Notes under the pieces: model-generated
What the model saw: only the letters and a program-made list of their open reading frames with translations
What the model was told of the DNA's origin: nothing
Database searches by the model: none
Virus record (IMG/VR): IMGVR_UViG_3300026488_000001
Location: 24,756 to 88,755 of that record
Source: a virus
Direction: 5' to 3' (one strand)
Length of the DNA: 64,000 nt
In this document: positions 47,082-57,119 of the stretch, in pieces
How positions within the stretch are numbered: the stretch's first letter is position 1
How the letters are laid out: each line of letters begins with the position of its first letter
Program-made: the position numbers and the translations under genes

Positions 47082-49970
47082 ATGAAAGCACTTAAAGGTG
47101 GTTGGAAATCCCTTTACATAATAACTTCAAAAACAACAAAAGATGATTTGTATGTTTTCGATAAAATTACTACTGAAGATAAGTTAGTTGCTGATTCTGA
47201 TGGTTTTGTTGAGTTTACTCCTTCGAGTGTGGATGTTTCGGATTTTTTAAATACTCTTGATATTTTTGGTGACGGTAGTTGTATAGCTTGTTATACCTTT
47301 GATGGTAATGCGAATGATCTTTCAGGAAACTATAATGGGACTTGGAACGGTAATGAGCAATATGATATAGGGAAATTTGGGCAAGCAGCAAAATTTGATG
47401 GAAGTAGTTATATAAACACTGGTTTAGATTTGAATGATAATTTGGTGTCTTTATCTTTTTGGATTAATACGATAGAATACAAAGACCAATTTATTATGGG
47501 AACTGATGATAACTCATCAACGACAAGAAATTTCAGAATACTTTTATGGTCAAGTAATGGAATTGATAATGAATTACAAATATGGTTTGGAGGTGATACT
47601 GATTGCAAAGAATACTATACACATTTCCAAATTGTTCCTAAAAATTGGTATCATATTTACTTTGTTGTTGATGTAAACAATTCAGTTTCAAAAATTTATG
47701 TTAATGGAAATTTAGTAAAAACTATGAATGATATTTATTCTGGTTTTGATACTTTAGTTATTGGGGATGCAGGAACAGCATCATCATCGTACAAACTTTC
47801 AGGTCTTATCGACCAAGTTCGCATATTTAACCGAGCTTTAATCGAAGAAGAAATCAAAATTCTTTACAATGGCGAAAAATATTATCATTGTCAACTTCCT
47901 TCTTCTTTAAACAAAGCACCAACTAAAGTATTTAAGAAAGCATCTCCATCTATTTGGGTTTCTAAAGTTTTTGAGCAAGAATCTGGTGAAAATGATTGGT
48001 ATCAGTATCAAGCAGAAGTTAAAGAAAAACCTGAAGAAGTCAAAATAATTTCAGCAACAAAAGATGAAATTAAAACCCCTGAAATTATCATAAAAGGTGA
48101 GAAACTTTTACTTTACTCTGATGAAAAAATTGTTGAAAAGAGTGTAGATAGTTATCCTGAAACTATTAATACCGTTAATGTTTTAGATATTTTTGGTGAT
48201 GGTAGCTGTATAGCTTGCTATCCTTTTAATGGTAATGCGAATGATTTAGGTGGTAATTACAATGGAAGTTGGAGTGGGAATGAGCAATATAGTAGTGGAA
48301 AATTTGGGCAAGCAGCAAAGTTTGATGGAACATCTGGAACTGGTGTAATTATACCTCCTCCTACTACTTCCTTTAATTTTTCTATATCTTTTTGGGTAAA
48401 AACTTCAAATGCAGAGGTTGGAGATTTAGATGCAACTAATACTATAATAGGATTGGATAAAAACGCCCAATACACTAATGATTTCTGTGTAGGGTTAGCT
48501 AAAGGAAAACTAAAAGTATGTGTTGAGACAAATACTGATGGTGATAAAGTTTTCGATACTGGAAAATTTATTGCGAACAACGAGTGGCATCTTGTTGTTG
48601 TTAATTTTAATGTTGCTAAAGATGGAAGTTTTGATGTTTTTGTAGACGGTGTTTGGGTATATTCAAATAGTGTTACAGCAACACCTTCTATGGAATCTTA
48701 TAATTGGGGTATAGGTTGTTTGGCACAAGATGGATCAGTATATACTGGACAAAATTCGACTTTTCACGGTCTCATTGACCAAGTCAGAATATTCAACAAA
48801 CCTTTAACTGAAGATGAGATAAAAGCCCTTTACAATGAAAAACTTTATAAAGTGAACATCTCCTCCTTCAACCTTACTAATCCTCCTGAAAAAGCGTGGA
48901 AAGAACCAACAAAAGTTTATGTAGCTATGGAATCTACGCCTGATAGATGTTTATGGAAAGATGAAGACTTATCTGACCAAATTCTAAATTCAACAACAGA
49001 TTCTATTGAAGTTGTTGATAGTAGGAAGAATATAATTCTACCCAAAGACATCATTATAATTGATAGTGATAAGGAAATTGAGGTTGAAAATGTAACTTTA
49101 ACTGATTCAACTCAAATCCTTGATATTTTTGGTGATGGAAGTTGTATCGCAACATACACATTTGATGGAAACGCAGATGACCTTTCAGGAAACTATAATG
49201 GGAGTTGGAATGGTAATGAACAGTATGATGTAGGGAAATTTGGTCAATCAGCAAAGTTTGATGGGAATAGTTATATAAACACCAATATCAGTAATTTCCC
49301 ATCAACAGTAACACTTTCATTATGGTTTAAACAAAGTGCAATTGATACATCTACTCATCATTGTTTATTCTGTTTTTCTAAAGATGGCAAAAATACTTTG
49401 AATTTGTGGCAGTATGCTACTGATACTAAGAAGAAAATGTATTTTGATATTAATGATAGTCATATCGAATCTCTTCCCAAATTCTACGAAGATAATATAT
49501 GGCATCATTTAGTTATCGTTTCATCAGGTAAGGTTTACATAGATGGTGAAAAAGTTTTAGATATACCTTCAGTTGACTTATCAGTTGTAAATAAGCCTTT
49601 ATTAATTGGAGCTGATTGGGACTCTGATAAAGATAATCCTAATGATTTTGTCAGTTCAGGGACTTATATAGACCAAATTAGAATCTTTAACCGTGCTTTA
49701 TCAGAAAAAGAAGTTAAAATTCTCTACAATGAAGGCTACAAACACCTTATCAATATTCCAACTCAATCTTCTGCACCAACAAAACTTATCGTTCCCGATA
49801 GAACAATTGAACAAACTCTCTTAACTAGAGAGTATGATGAAACAAACAATATCATTAAATCTACTTACAAGACTGCTAGGAAGAATGGAAGAGCAATTAG
49901 AGTAAAACTTGAAGGTAACAAAGATACATTAGTAAATAATTTAAAAGTTAACCTGTGGACAGGTGAGTAA
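47082..49970 (+). CDS. virion protein with three LamG/concanavalin-A-like domains
   Basis: Three LDIFGDGSCIA.Y.F.GNA.D...GKFGQ.AKFDG...IDQ.RIFN units. Confidence 0.85.
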   Translation: MKALKGGWKSLYIITSKTTKDDLYVFDKITTEDKLVADSDGFVEFTPSSVDVSDFLNTLDIFGDGSCIACYTFDGNANDLSGNYNGTWNGNEQYDIGKFGQAAKFDGSSYINTGLDLNDNLVSLSFWINTIEYKDQFIMGTDDNSSTTRNFRILLWSSNGIDNELQIWFGGDTDCKEYYTHFQIVPKNWYHIYFVVDVNNSVSKIYVNGNLVKTMNDIYSGFDTLVIGDAGTASSSYKLSGLIDQVRIFNRALIEEEIKILYNGEKYYHCQLPSSLNKAPTKVFKKASPSIWVSKVFEQESGENDWYQYQAEVKEKPEEVKIISATKDEIKTPEIIIKGEKLLLYSDEKIVEKSVDSYPETINTVNVLDIFGDGSCIACYPFNGNANDLGGNYNGSWSGNEQYSSGKFGQAAKFDGTSGTGVIIPPPTTSFNFSISFWVKTSNAEVGDLDATNTIIGLDKNAQYTNDFCVGLAKGKLKVCVETNTDGDKVFDTGKFIANNEWHLVVVNFNVAKDGSFDVFVDGVWVYSNSVTATPSMESYNWGIGCLAQDGSVYTGQNSTFHGLIDQVRIFNKPLTEDEIKALYNEKLYKVNISSFNLTNPPEKAWKEPTKVYVAMESTPDRCLWKDEDLSDQILNSTTDSIEVVDSRKNIILPKDIIIIDSDKEIEVENVTLTDSTQILDIFGDGSCIATYTFDGNADDLSGNYNGSWNGNEQYDVGKFGQSAKFDGNSYINTNISNFPSTVTLSLWFKQSAIDTSTHHCLFCFSKDGKNTLNLWQYATDTKKKMYFDINDSHIESLPKFYEDNIWHHLVIVSSGKVYIDGEKVLDIPSVDLSVVNKPLLIGADWDSDKDNPNDFVSSGTYIDQIRIFNRALSEKEVKILYNEGYKHLINIPTQSSAPTKLIVPDRTIEQTLLTREYDETNNIIKSTYKTARKNGRAIRVKLEGNKDTLVNNLKVNLWTGE

Positions 49971-49983
49971 CTCTCACCTGTCC
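49957..49983 (+). terminator. hairpin over the LamG gene stop
   Basis: GGACAGGTGAG-TAACT-CTCACCTGTCC. Confidence 0.5.
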
Positions 49984-50010
49984 TTCCTATTACAAATTTG
50001 GGGGACAATA

Positions 50011-50418
50011 ATGGCTTTTAAAATAGAAAAGAAACAAGTTAAACCTTTTATGTTCAAAAAAGTTATCAAAGAAATCCCAGATGAAAAACCTTATAGTCAT
50101 AAGAAATATCAACTACGTTACAAAATAAATGAAGAAGTTTTTGATATACATGATTCAGTTGCTGATAATGCCAAAATGATTTCACTTATATTTGCTTTAC
50201 TTACCAGAATTTGGGAAGCTATTCCTAATGATATTAAAGATAAAATGGATAAAGAAACAAGAGAAATGGTTGAATATGCATTCCAGAAATACCATTCCAT
50301 TCAAACTAGAGCTGATGTCGAATTTTTGATAAATGGTAAAGAATTGATAGATAAGCTTATGGATAGGCAAGATAAGATTGGTAAGCTCTTTAAAGAGATT
50401 TATGGTATTGAGAAGTAA
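50011..50418 (+). CDS. hypothetical protein
   Basis: ATG at 50011 after a GGGGGA SD, within ORF 49963..50418. Confidence 0.6.
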   Translation: MAFKIEKKQVKPFMFKKVIKEIPDEKPYSHKKYQLRYKINEEVFDIHDSVADNAKMISLIFALLTRIWEAIPNDIKDKMDKETREMVEYAFQKYHSIQTRADVEFLINGKELIDKLMDRQDKIGKLFKEIYGIEK

Positions 50419-50483
50419 TAAGTATAAGTTTGCAAATAAAGATTAGATAATTCATTTCGTAAATATCATAAATGAGGTAAGCT

Positions 50484-51848
50484 ATGAGTCTTGGACAGTT
50501 TTTCTTTAAAAATAGCTCAAGAAGCAGTAGTGTTTCTTTACCAGAAGGTGTAAAATTTGCTCCAGATGGGTCTATTAGATTTGTAGGTAATGCTACAGTA
50601 TTTTCAGATCAAGTTACTCATAACATAACTCCAAACAATGAAGTTGTTGAATATGTACTTTCAGCTTCTGAAACTGAGGTAAATGTTGATTATGGTATAC
50701 TTGATAATAAGGTTTATGTTAAGGTAAAAGGATTAAACCCTGGAGAAAAGATTTATTATTATTTTACTAAGTCAAATTCGGGGAAACCTAGAAATGATAA
50801 AGTCTTTTTCTGGTATGATGACTTTGAGAGTTATAATACTACTGATGACTTGAAAAAGAGATACTCTACAGGTGGACATAAACCTTGGCTTGTAGATACA
50901 AATATAAGGTATACTGGAACTAGATCAGTATGTTCTGATCCTAGCATAACAGACAATCAAAATAGTTATCTTCAATTTTCAATAGATATACCAGAAGATG
51001 CAATAATTTCTTTTTATCAAAAAGTAAGTTCAGAGCGTAGTTATGACTATCTCAGATTCTATATAGACAATAGTCAAATTTTAGCTATTTCAGGAGAAGT
51101 AAACTGGACTAAGTTTGAAAATCAAGTAAATAAAGGAATGCATACATTTAAATGGATGTATACTAAAGACGGTTCAGTTACTAGAGGTGCAGATAAAGGT
51201 TGGATTGACAACTTGGTTATTCGTTCAGCTTTAGATTCTCTATATACTGAAGTTAAAGAACTTTCTCCAGGACAATATGAAGTAACAATAATAAATGACA
51301 CTTCTGAAATTATTAGTGATGCTCAAATCAAGATACCAGGTTTACCTGTTGATAATTATATGGTTATAATGAAATCCATAACTCCAGCATTAACAACTAT
51401 AGCATTTCCTCCAGATAAGATTTCTTCTATTCAGTTCTATACACAGTTTTCCCACGACATAAGAATAGGAAGCTCTTGTAGATTCCATTTACATACTTTT
51501 ATTCCACCTGATGCTACTCCAGGTAAGGTTAAACTTCAACTTGAGTGGAAAACTTTACCTGTAGAAAGAGTTATTGGAGATGAAAGGATTACTAAAGGAA
51601 ATTTCTCAACTTCTACTCATAAAATTACTAAAGTATTTGAGATAACTGAAGATGATATAGGTAAACATATAGTTCTAAATTTTGGTGAAATAGATAAAGT
51701 ATTTTCTATTTCACAGATAATTTTTCATAGACTAACAAGACTTGGAACTCATGAGGAAGATACTTTTGACTATGAAATACCTATACTATTTGTTGATTGG
51801 CATACTGAGATAGACTCACTTGGTTCTCAGGATGAATTCATAAAGTGA
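50484..51848 (+). CDS. virion beta-sandwich/carbohydrate-binding protein
   Basis: VFFWYDDFE, SSERSYDYLRFYID, GMHTFKW.Y.KD, WIDNL. Confidence 0.6.
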   Translation: MSLGQFFFKNSSRSSSVSLPEGVKFAPDGSIRFVGNATVFSDQVTHNITPNNEVVEYVLSASETEVNVDYGILDNKVYVKVKGLNPGEKIYYYFTKSNSGKPRNDKVFFWYDDFESYNTTDDLKKRYSTGGHKPWLVDTNIRYTGTRSVCSDPSITDNQNSYLQFSIDIPEDAIISFYQKVSSERSYDYLRFYIDNSQILAISGEVNWTKFENQVNKGMHTFKWMYTKDGSVTRGADKGWIDNLVIRSALDSLYTEVKELSPGQYEVTIINDTSEIISDAQIKIPGLPVDNYMVIMKSITPALTTIAFPPDKISSIQFYTQFSHDIRIGSSCRFHLHTFIPPDATPGKVKLQLEWKTLPVERVIGDERITKGNFSTSTHKITKVFEITEDDIGKHIVLNFGEIDKVFSISQIIFHRLTRLGTHEEDTFDYEIPILFVDWHTEIDSLGSQDEFIK

Positions 51849-51857
51849 GGTGTTGAA

Positions 51858-52271
51858 ATGACTGAAAGAGAATCTATCTTATCTCAACTTACTACAAGTT
51901 TTATCCATCGTTATTATCCAGAATGGAAACAAAGGAGTGATAATACAGATTGGAAACTTCATACTACAAGATTAGTTACATATTCGGAAGGTAAGCTTAC
52001 TACTGATCAAATAGGTAAGCTCATATACATATCTTCTGCTAAAATTCTTGAAGGAAAATCTGATTTTAAAACTGAACTTGATAACCTTTGTCAAGAATTC
52101 AATTTAAGAGAAAGTTGGGAACAGTTGCTTAAAGTTGGAATTAGAACAGGTTGGGTAAACATTATTAAACAAATGCATTATAGAATTCTCAATGATCTAT
52201 CAATACCAGATACAAAACTTTACTTTGCTGTAAGACAATCTTATATCCCTCTTACCAAGTTTCTACCTTAA
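51858..52271 (+). CDS. paralogue of the fibre-chaperone C-terminal domain
   Basis: WEQLLKVGIRTGWV versus WEQLIKVGVRTGWV in 43459..44160. Confidence 0.65.
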   Translation: MTERESILSQLTTSFIHRYYPEWKQRSDNTDWKLHTTRLVTYSEGKLTTDQIGKLIYISSAKILEGKSDFKTELDNLCQEFNLRESWEQLLKVGIRTGWVNIIKQMHYRILNDLSIPDTKLYFAVRQSYIPLTKFLP

Positions 52272-52283
52272 TGGGAGGTTATT

Positions 52284-52649
52284 ATGATTCAAGTTTTTAA
52301 TAAAAATGGTGAAAAAATTGCTGAATCCGATAGTAGTATTTCAGTAGAAATAGAAAATTCTAGAAGGGATTGTATGGTCTACATTGATTATATTAAAGGT
52401 AGTGAAGATTCTATTACTGTTTCTTTTGGAGCTAAAGAAGTTACCACAGGTGAAATATTTCCTATTCAGCAAGATGATGGTTCAAAACTAATTAACTATG
52501 AGAGAATTTTAGATCGTGGGAAATATAGAATTTATATTCCTATGGCAGAAAATGAAGAAGCTTTACAGGTTAATATAACTATGAATGGTGATTTGTCTTC
52601 TGAAGGAAATGTTAAGGTATGGGTTATTCCAATATATCAAACTTTCTAA
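52284..52649 (+). CDS. hypothetical beta-rich protein
   Basis: ORF with SD GGAGGT. Confidence 0.6.
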   Translation: MIQVFNKNGEKIAESDSSISVEIENSRRDCMVYIDYIKGSEDSITVSFGAKEVTTGEIFPIQQDDGSKLINYERILDRGKYRIYIPMAENEEALQVNITMNGDLSSEGNVKVWVIPIYQTF

Positions 52650-52658
52650 GAGGTTAAA

Positions 52659-53114
52659 ATGTCTTTTTTGCTGAAATTGCTTTTTAGTAGAACTGGTATA
52701 GCTTTGCTTTCATCATTGTTTATTTGGGCTGAATTGACTTACTTTAAAGTTAAGACTGAGTATCTTCAAAACAAGATTATTACTCTTAAATCTGAGATAA
52801 AACAGAAACAAACTCTTATTAACAACTTGAATTCTCAAATTGAGCTTATTCAAGCTCAGCTTTCATCTTGTTACTCTACTTATGAATCATATAAACAATC
52901 TTGTGAAAAAATTTTAAGGGAAAGAGATAACTTGATTACTAAATTGGCTAAACTTAAGTCAACTGTTCATAGGTTAGAACATACCAATAAAGTTTTAAGA
53001 AATCAAATTATCAAGGTAGAAGTGAATCCTACTGATGAGGTTTCTAATGTCTTACAGTTCAAGAATATTTATGACAATTCTATTTCTGTTGATAGTAATA
53101 CTAATGTTAAGTAG
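52659..53114 (+). CDS. i-spanin (Rz-like)
   Basis: N-terminal TM helix plus coiled coil, overlapped by a lipoprotein gene. Confidence 0.7.
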   Translation: MSFLLKLLFSRTGIALLSSLFIWAELTYFKVKTEYLQNKIITLKSEIKQKQTLINNLNSQIELIQAQLSSCYSTYESYKQSCEKILRERDNLITKLAKLKSTVHRLEHTNKVLRNQIIKVEVNPTDEVSNVLQFKNIYDNSISVDSNTNVK

Positions 53115-53379
53115 TTGTGGAAGTGTTCAACAACCACAAGTTATCTATAAAACTAAAGTTGTTTATAAGTGTGACTTACCCAAACTTCCTAATCCTCCCA
53201 AACCTCCAAAGGTAAACCTGTATAAAGTTGAAAACCAAAATAAGATTTACTATTGCTATGATTCTGATTCTGCTACCGAAGTTGCTAAATACTTAACAGT
53301 CTTACTTGAATATGTAAAAACCTGTCATCTTATCACTCAACAAGGAGTATCAAATGGAACTGATAGATTTTCTCGATAA
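53047..53379 (+). CDS. o-spanin (Rz1-like lipoprotein)
   Basis: Signal peptide with lipobox LSSC and Pro-rich linker; SD GAGG before ATG at 53047. Confidence 0.75.
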   Translation: MSYSSRIFMTILFLLIVILMLSSCGSVQQPQVIYKTKVVYKCDLPKLPNPPKPPKVNLYKVENQNKIYYCYDSDSATEVAKYLTVLLEYVKTCHLITQQGVSNGTDRFSR

Positions 53380-53758
53380 AGCTATCAATGAGTATCCCAC
53401 TTGGAAACTAATGGTAGTTTCTCTTAGTATAGGAATAGGTGGAGTAATCGGATTTCTTATTACAAGAACTTTTTATTCTTTCATAGTTAAGTTGTTTACA
53501 ATGAAACCTAAATCTGAAGACCACTCAGATAAAGTTATTGATTTGCAGTTTAAAAATCTTGAAACTCTTATCAACAGTTTAGAAGAACTTATCAAGTCCA
53601 AAGAAAAACTTGACAATAAAAGTAATGAACTCATATTAGAAAAGTTGAATGAGATAAAAAAACTTGCTGAGAAACTTCATGAAAAATTTGACAAAGAATT
53701 TCACACTAAACTTGATGAGATATCCGACAAAATCAACAATATCTCCTGGAGGAGCTAA
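53354..53758 (+). CDS. single-TM coiled-coil protein (holin/antiholin candidate)
   Basis: One hydrophobic helix; located in the lysis cluster. Confidence 0.45.
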   Translation: MELIDFLDKAINEYPTWKLMVVSLSIGIGGVIGFLITRTFYSFIVKLFTMKPKSEDHSDKVIDLQFKNLETLINSLEELIKSKEKLDNKSNELILEKLNEIKKLAEKLHEKFDKEFHTKLDEISDKINNISWRS

Positions 53759-54537
53759 TGTCCTGTTCTAAATCCTGTAACTTGGACTTCTGTTCTGCAA
53801 CTGATATTACTAACATAGTCAAGCAAATTCATTTTCCACCTATTCCTAATACTGATAATTTTACTAAAGTTGACCAAGATTTAAGGTTAACAACAGCAGG
53901 TTCAAGGTGGCTGTCAATAATAGCTAAAACGATTAGTAATATTCTACTCGAACTTAGATATTGCAAGATAAAATTCCATCCTACTACTTATATGATAATA
54001 AGAGTTAAGTATTCTCTTTGGAGTCTTTGGTATCATCAAATAATGAATTACTTTTCTACACTTACTTATTATCCTTGTGATGGTTATCCTGAAGTGATTT
54101 TACAATCAGCTAAAGATATAGAGAAAAGATATACTGAGGAGTTGGTAAAACAAGATGGGGAAATTGTAAAATACTTTTTAGAATTGCATAGTCAAATATT
54201 CAAAGTATTTTACAAGAGAATAGACGAAATTCTAAATAAAGATTTACCTAAAGATGAAATTCTTGACAATATAGGGATGCTTTTATCAGGAGGATTAGCA
54301 TATTCAGTATGCGAAGCGACTTCAATAGACACTTTCATACAAGATTGTCCTCATATCTTTATACTACCTGAAGTATTTTACCTAAATAAAGAAATTAACA
54401 TATTTAAACTTTTACACAAGTCTTTCCCGAATCAAAAGTTTAAGATATACTATATCAATCCGAGTCCTGAAACTCGAACAATTGTTAAGTGGTATTTGGA
54501 ACAAGAGAATTTACTTGATTATGCAGTAACTTATTAA
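53758..54537 (+). CDS. hypothetical protein
   Basis: ORF coupled to upstream gene by TAATG overlap. Confidence 0.6.
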   Translation: MSCSKSCNLDFCSATDITNIVKQIHFPPIPNTDNFTKVDQDLRLTTAGSRWLSIIAKTISNILLELRYCKIKFHPTTYMIIRVKYSLWSLWYHQIMNYFSTLTYYPCDGYPEVILQSAKDIEKRYTEELVKQDGEIVKYFLELHSQIFKVFYKRIDEILNKDLPKDEILDNIGMLLSGGLAYSVCEATSIDTFIQDCPHIFILPEVFYLNKEINIFKLLHKSFPNQKFKIYYINPSPETRTIVKWYLEQENLLDYAVTY

Positions 54538-54548
54538 AGGAGACAGTT

Positions 54549-54800
54549 ATGGAAAACCTTAATCCTATTGAAATGTTAACTATTTCTAAACTACTTGGAT
54601 TAGTCTTGTTTATTATTACAGCTCTTACTACTGTATTTTTAACAAGGTTGGCAGTTCTTTCAATCTTTAAGAAAGAATTTGAGATTATTCATAAGAAAGT
54701 TTTCGAAGAAGGAAATATCGCAGTAGCTATTTATTCAGGATTAATCATAGGATTGATAGCTTTAGGATTAATCTATGCTTTCACAAACTTTATGCTTTAG
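54549..54800 (+). CDS. two-TM membrane protein (DUF350-like), holin candidate
   Basis: Two TM helices with GNIAVAI; directly upstream of the endolysin. Confidence 0.55.
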   Translation: MENLNPIEMLTISKLLGLVLFIITALTTVFLTRLAVLSIFKKEFEIIHKKVFEEGNIAVAIYSGLIIGLIALGLIYAFTNFML

Positions 54801-54810
54801 GTAGAAAGTT

Positions 54811-55395
54811 ATGAGAAAGTCAATTCTAATCTTTCTTATTTGGCTGTTTATGGGATTTTTCAATATTTCTCAAGGGTTAACTATTGACCAAGTAATAAAC
54901 AACCATAAATACGATATATATTTCCAAAGGTATGGTAAAAGATATTTCTGGTGGTTGGATTGGAGATGGTTTAAAGCTCAGGCAATTCAAGAAAGTTTAT
55001 TAAACCCTAAAGCTAAGAGTTATGTAGGTGCTTTAGGATTAATGCAAATAATGCCTGAAACGGGAAAATGGTTAGGTATTAAAAACCCTAATCTTCTCCT
55101 TATTCCAGAAATAAATATAGCAACTGGTATTAAATATAATTGGATAATTGCGAAGTGGTGGAGGAAGAGATTTAGAAGACTTGAATACTTAGAAAAACTT
55201 AATTACATATTTGCTTCTTATAATGCAGGAATGGGTTGGGTTTACAAATCGTGGAAAGATGCTGGAAGACCTTATTATTGGAGGGAGTTTAGAGACAATT
55301 TATGTAAGTTTACTGGTAGGCATTGTAGGGAAACTATTACCTATGTGAATAGAATTAATTACTACTATTGGTTTAAATTGAGGAGTATAAAATGA
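54811..55395 (+). CDS. SLT-family lytic transglycosylase (endolysin) with N-terminal signal/anchor
   Basis: QES, GLMQIMP, SYNAG, ETITYV. Confidence 0.88.
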   Translation: MRKSILIFLIWLFMGFFNISQGLTIDQVINNHKYDIYFQRYGKRYFWWLDWRWFKAQAIQESLLNPKAKSYVGALGLMQIMPETGKWLGIKNPNLLLIPEINIATGIKYNWIIAKWWRKRFRRLEYLEKLNYIFASYNAGMGWVYKSWKDAGRPYYWREFRDNLCKFTGRHCRETITYVNRINYYYWFKLRSIK

Positions 55396-55991
55396 AGTGT
55401 TTAACTCATTTTAGTTTCTTTCTTATTAGACTTCCTTTCACCCCAATTAAAAAGATTTTGAGTTTCCTTTTGTTTCCATTGGTATACCCTCTTAGGTATA
55501 CCATTTGGAGGTCCACTAATGCTTATACTGAAACAAGATGGGAAATTGAAAAAGTAGTCAAGTATAATAAAGGAATCAAACTTTTCATTTGGTTTTTCTT
55601 TGATGACTCTATTTATAGTGATTATGGAGTTGATTTCCATCCTACAAAGCATAAGTCAAGATTAGTAGAGTTATTGTGTAAGTATATTTTTAGAGAGAAT
55701 AAAACGATTTGTAACTTTCTAAGGTCTTGGTATTGGGCAGGATGGAGAAACTCGTCTAATAATCTTAGTCATTATCTTGCTGAAGTTTGGATAGGAAAAT
55801 ACAAAGGTTTAGCTAAAAACTGTATTAAGAATAAATACATTACTTATGAAATTCGAAAATTTACTTATACTGAAAGACCTTACCTTGAAATAAGGTTTAG
55901 AATAGGTAAAAGAAAATGTTATGCAAATATAGGATGGTTAAAATCAGGCAAATTTGAAGGTATTAAACTGAGGTGTAAAAATGAAACTTAA
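55392..55991 (+). CDS. hypothetical membrane-associated protein
   Basis: Hydrophobic N-terminus; W...WRN motif. Confidence 0.55.
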   Translation: MKCLTHFSFFLIRLPFTPIKKILSFLLFPLVYPLRYTIWRSTNAYTETRWEIEKVVKYNKGIKLFIWFFFDDSIYSDYGVDFHPTKHKSRLVELLCKYIFRENKTICNFLRSWYWAGWRNSSNNLSHYLAEVWIGKYKGLAKNCIKNKYITYEIRKFTYTERPYLEIRFRIGKRKCYANIGWLKSGKFEGIKLRCKNET

Positions 55992-56544
55992 AACACCACA
56001 ACTTCAACAAGTTTTAAAATTCTCTTCAGAACCTTACCAAATTAGAGTAATATTTTTTGAGGGATTATCATTAATATCTAAACTAATTAGATGGTTTACA
56101 AGAAGTAAATTCTCTCATGTAGGATTTGACTTAGACAATTATTACAGAGTGGAAGCCTGGGAAAATACACGAAATAAAAGATTTGGTATATTTGGAGCTA
56201 AATGGCAACTTACTACTTCCAGTTTTCATACCAGAGGAACACCTTACACTATTCTTGCAAAAGAAGTAAAATTTGATTTGTATATAGAATATCTAAAGGT
56301 ATTGGATTTTATTTGTCAAGCAGGATTACCTTATGACTGGATGGAAATAATTAAATTTATTACCAAAGGTAAAGAATCTGAACCAAACGGCAAATTTGTA
56401 TGTTCTACTGGAACTTGTTTTATTCTTCAGTACTTAGATGTTTTACCAAGTGAAATCCCTTACTGGAGACAATCTCCAGAAGATGTTTATGAGTTATGTT
56501 TAGCTAATGGATTTAGAGTAATTGAAAAAGGAAAGATTAGTTAA
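55981..56544 (+). CDS. permuted papain-like NlpC/P60 enzyme
   Basis: IRWFTRSKFSHVG His motif, PYDW, late VCS Cys. Confidence 0.7.
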   Translation: MKLKTPQLQQVLKFSSEPYQIRVIFFEGLSLISKLIRWFTRSKFSHVGFDLDNYYRVEAWENTRNKRFGIFGAKWQLTTSSFHTRGTPYTILAKEVKFDLYIEYLKVLDFICQAGLPYDWMEIIKFITKGKESEPNGKFVCSTGTCFILQYLDVLPSEIPYWRQSPEDVYELCLANGFRVIEKGKIS

Positions 56545-56590
56545 ATCTAACTATATTAGTTTTACTAACTAAAAACAAAAGGGAGGAATA

Positions 56591-57058
56591 ATGAACTTCA
56601 AAGAATTACTTAAAAAAGCAAAGAAATATGTTAAAAAGCCAATTCCAATTAAAGCTATTCAAATGGAACAAGATTTTGAAGTGGAAACTTTAGAAGGATT
56701 AATGAAAGGAAGAGCTGGTGATTATTTGGTGGAGGGTGTAGATGGAGAGTTATATCCTTGCAGGAGGGAAATATTTGAAGAGACATATATCTGTGTAGAT
56801 GAATATAAGAAAGGATTCATTTTTCTTAATGATGAGGATATGTCAATATTAAATTTGCCTTTTATAGCTAAGTATTTCCTTAGAATTGGAGACAATGGGT
56901 ATAATCATTTTTATATTGAAGTTTCTGTGAATGGAAATGTTTATAAACTTGACTTCTTTTATCCTGATAAAGTACCAATGCTTCAAGATAAAGAATTTGT
57001 AAGAATTATGATAGCTAGGTATTTTAGAAATCAAGTAATGGATGAAAGTAAAGAATGA
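56591..57058 (+). CDS. hypothetical protein with PGDYG-like domain
   Basis: TLEG...GDYLVEGVDGELYPC..EIFE.TY. Confidence 0.65.
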   Translation: MNFKELLKKAKKYVKKPIPIKAIQMEQDFEVETLEGLMKGRAGDYLVEGVDGELYPCRREIFEETYICVDEYKKGFIFLNDEDMSILNLPFIAKYFLRIGDNGYNHFYIEVSVNGNVYKLDFFYPDKVPMLQDKEFVRIMIARYFRNQVMDESKE

Positions 57059-57082
57059 AGAATTGGTTTTGTTTAGGTAATT

Positions 57083-57112
57083 AAAGAGGCCGAAACCTAA
57101 TCGGCCTCTTTT
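57083..57112. terminator. bidirectional terminator at the strand switch
   Basis: AAAGAGGCCGA...TCGGCCTCTTT between convergent genes. Confidence 0.8.
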
Positions 57113-57119
57113 CCAAAGT

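Noticed and set aside
47082-49970. Diversity-generating retroelement TR/VR pair in the LamG repeats
   Set aside because: Differences are not adenine-specific, all copies are coding, and there is no reverse transcriptase in the window
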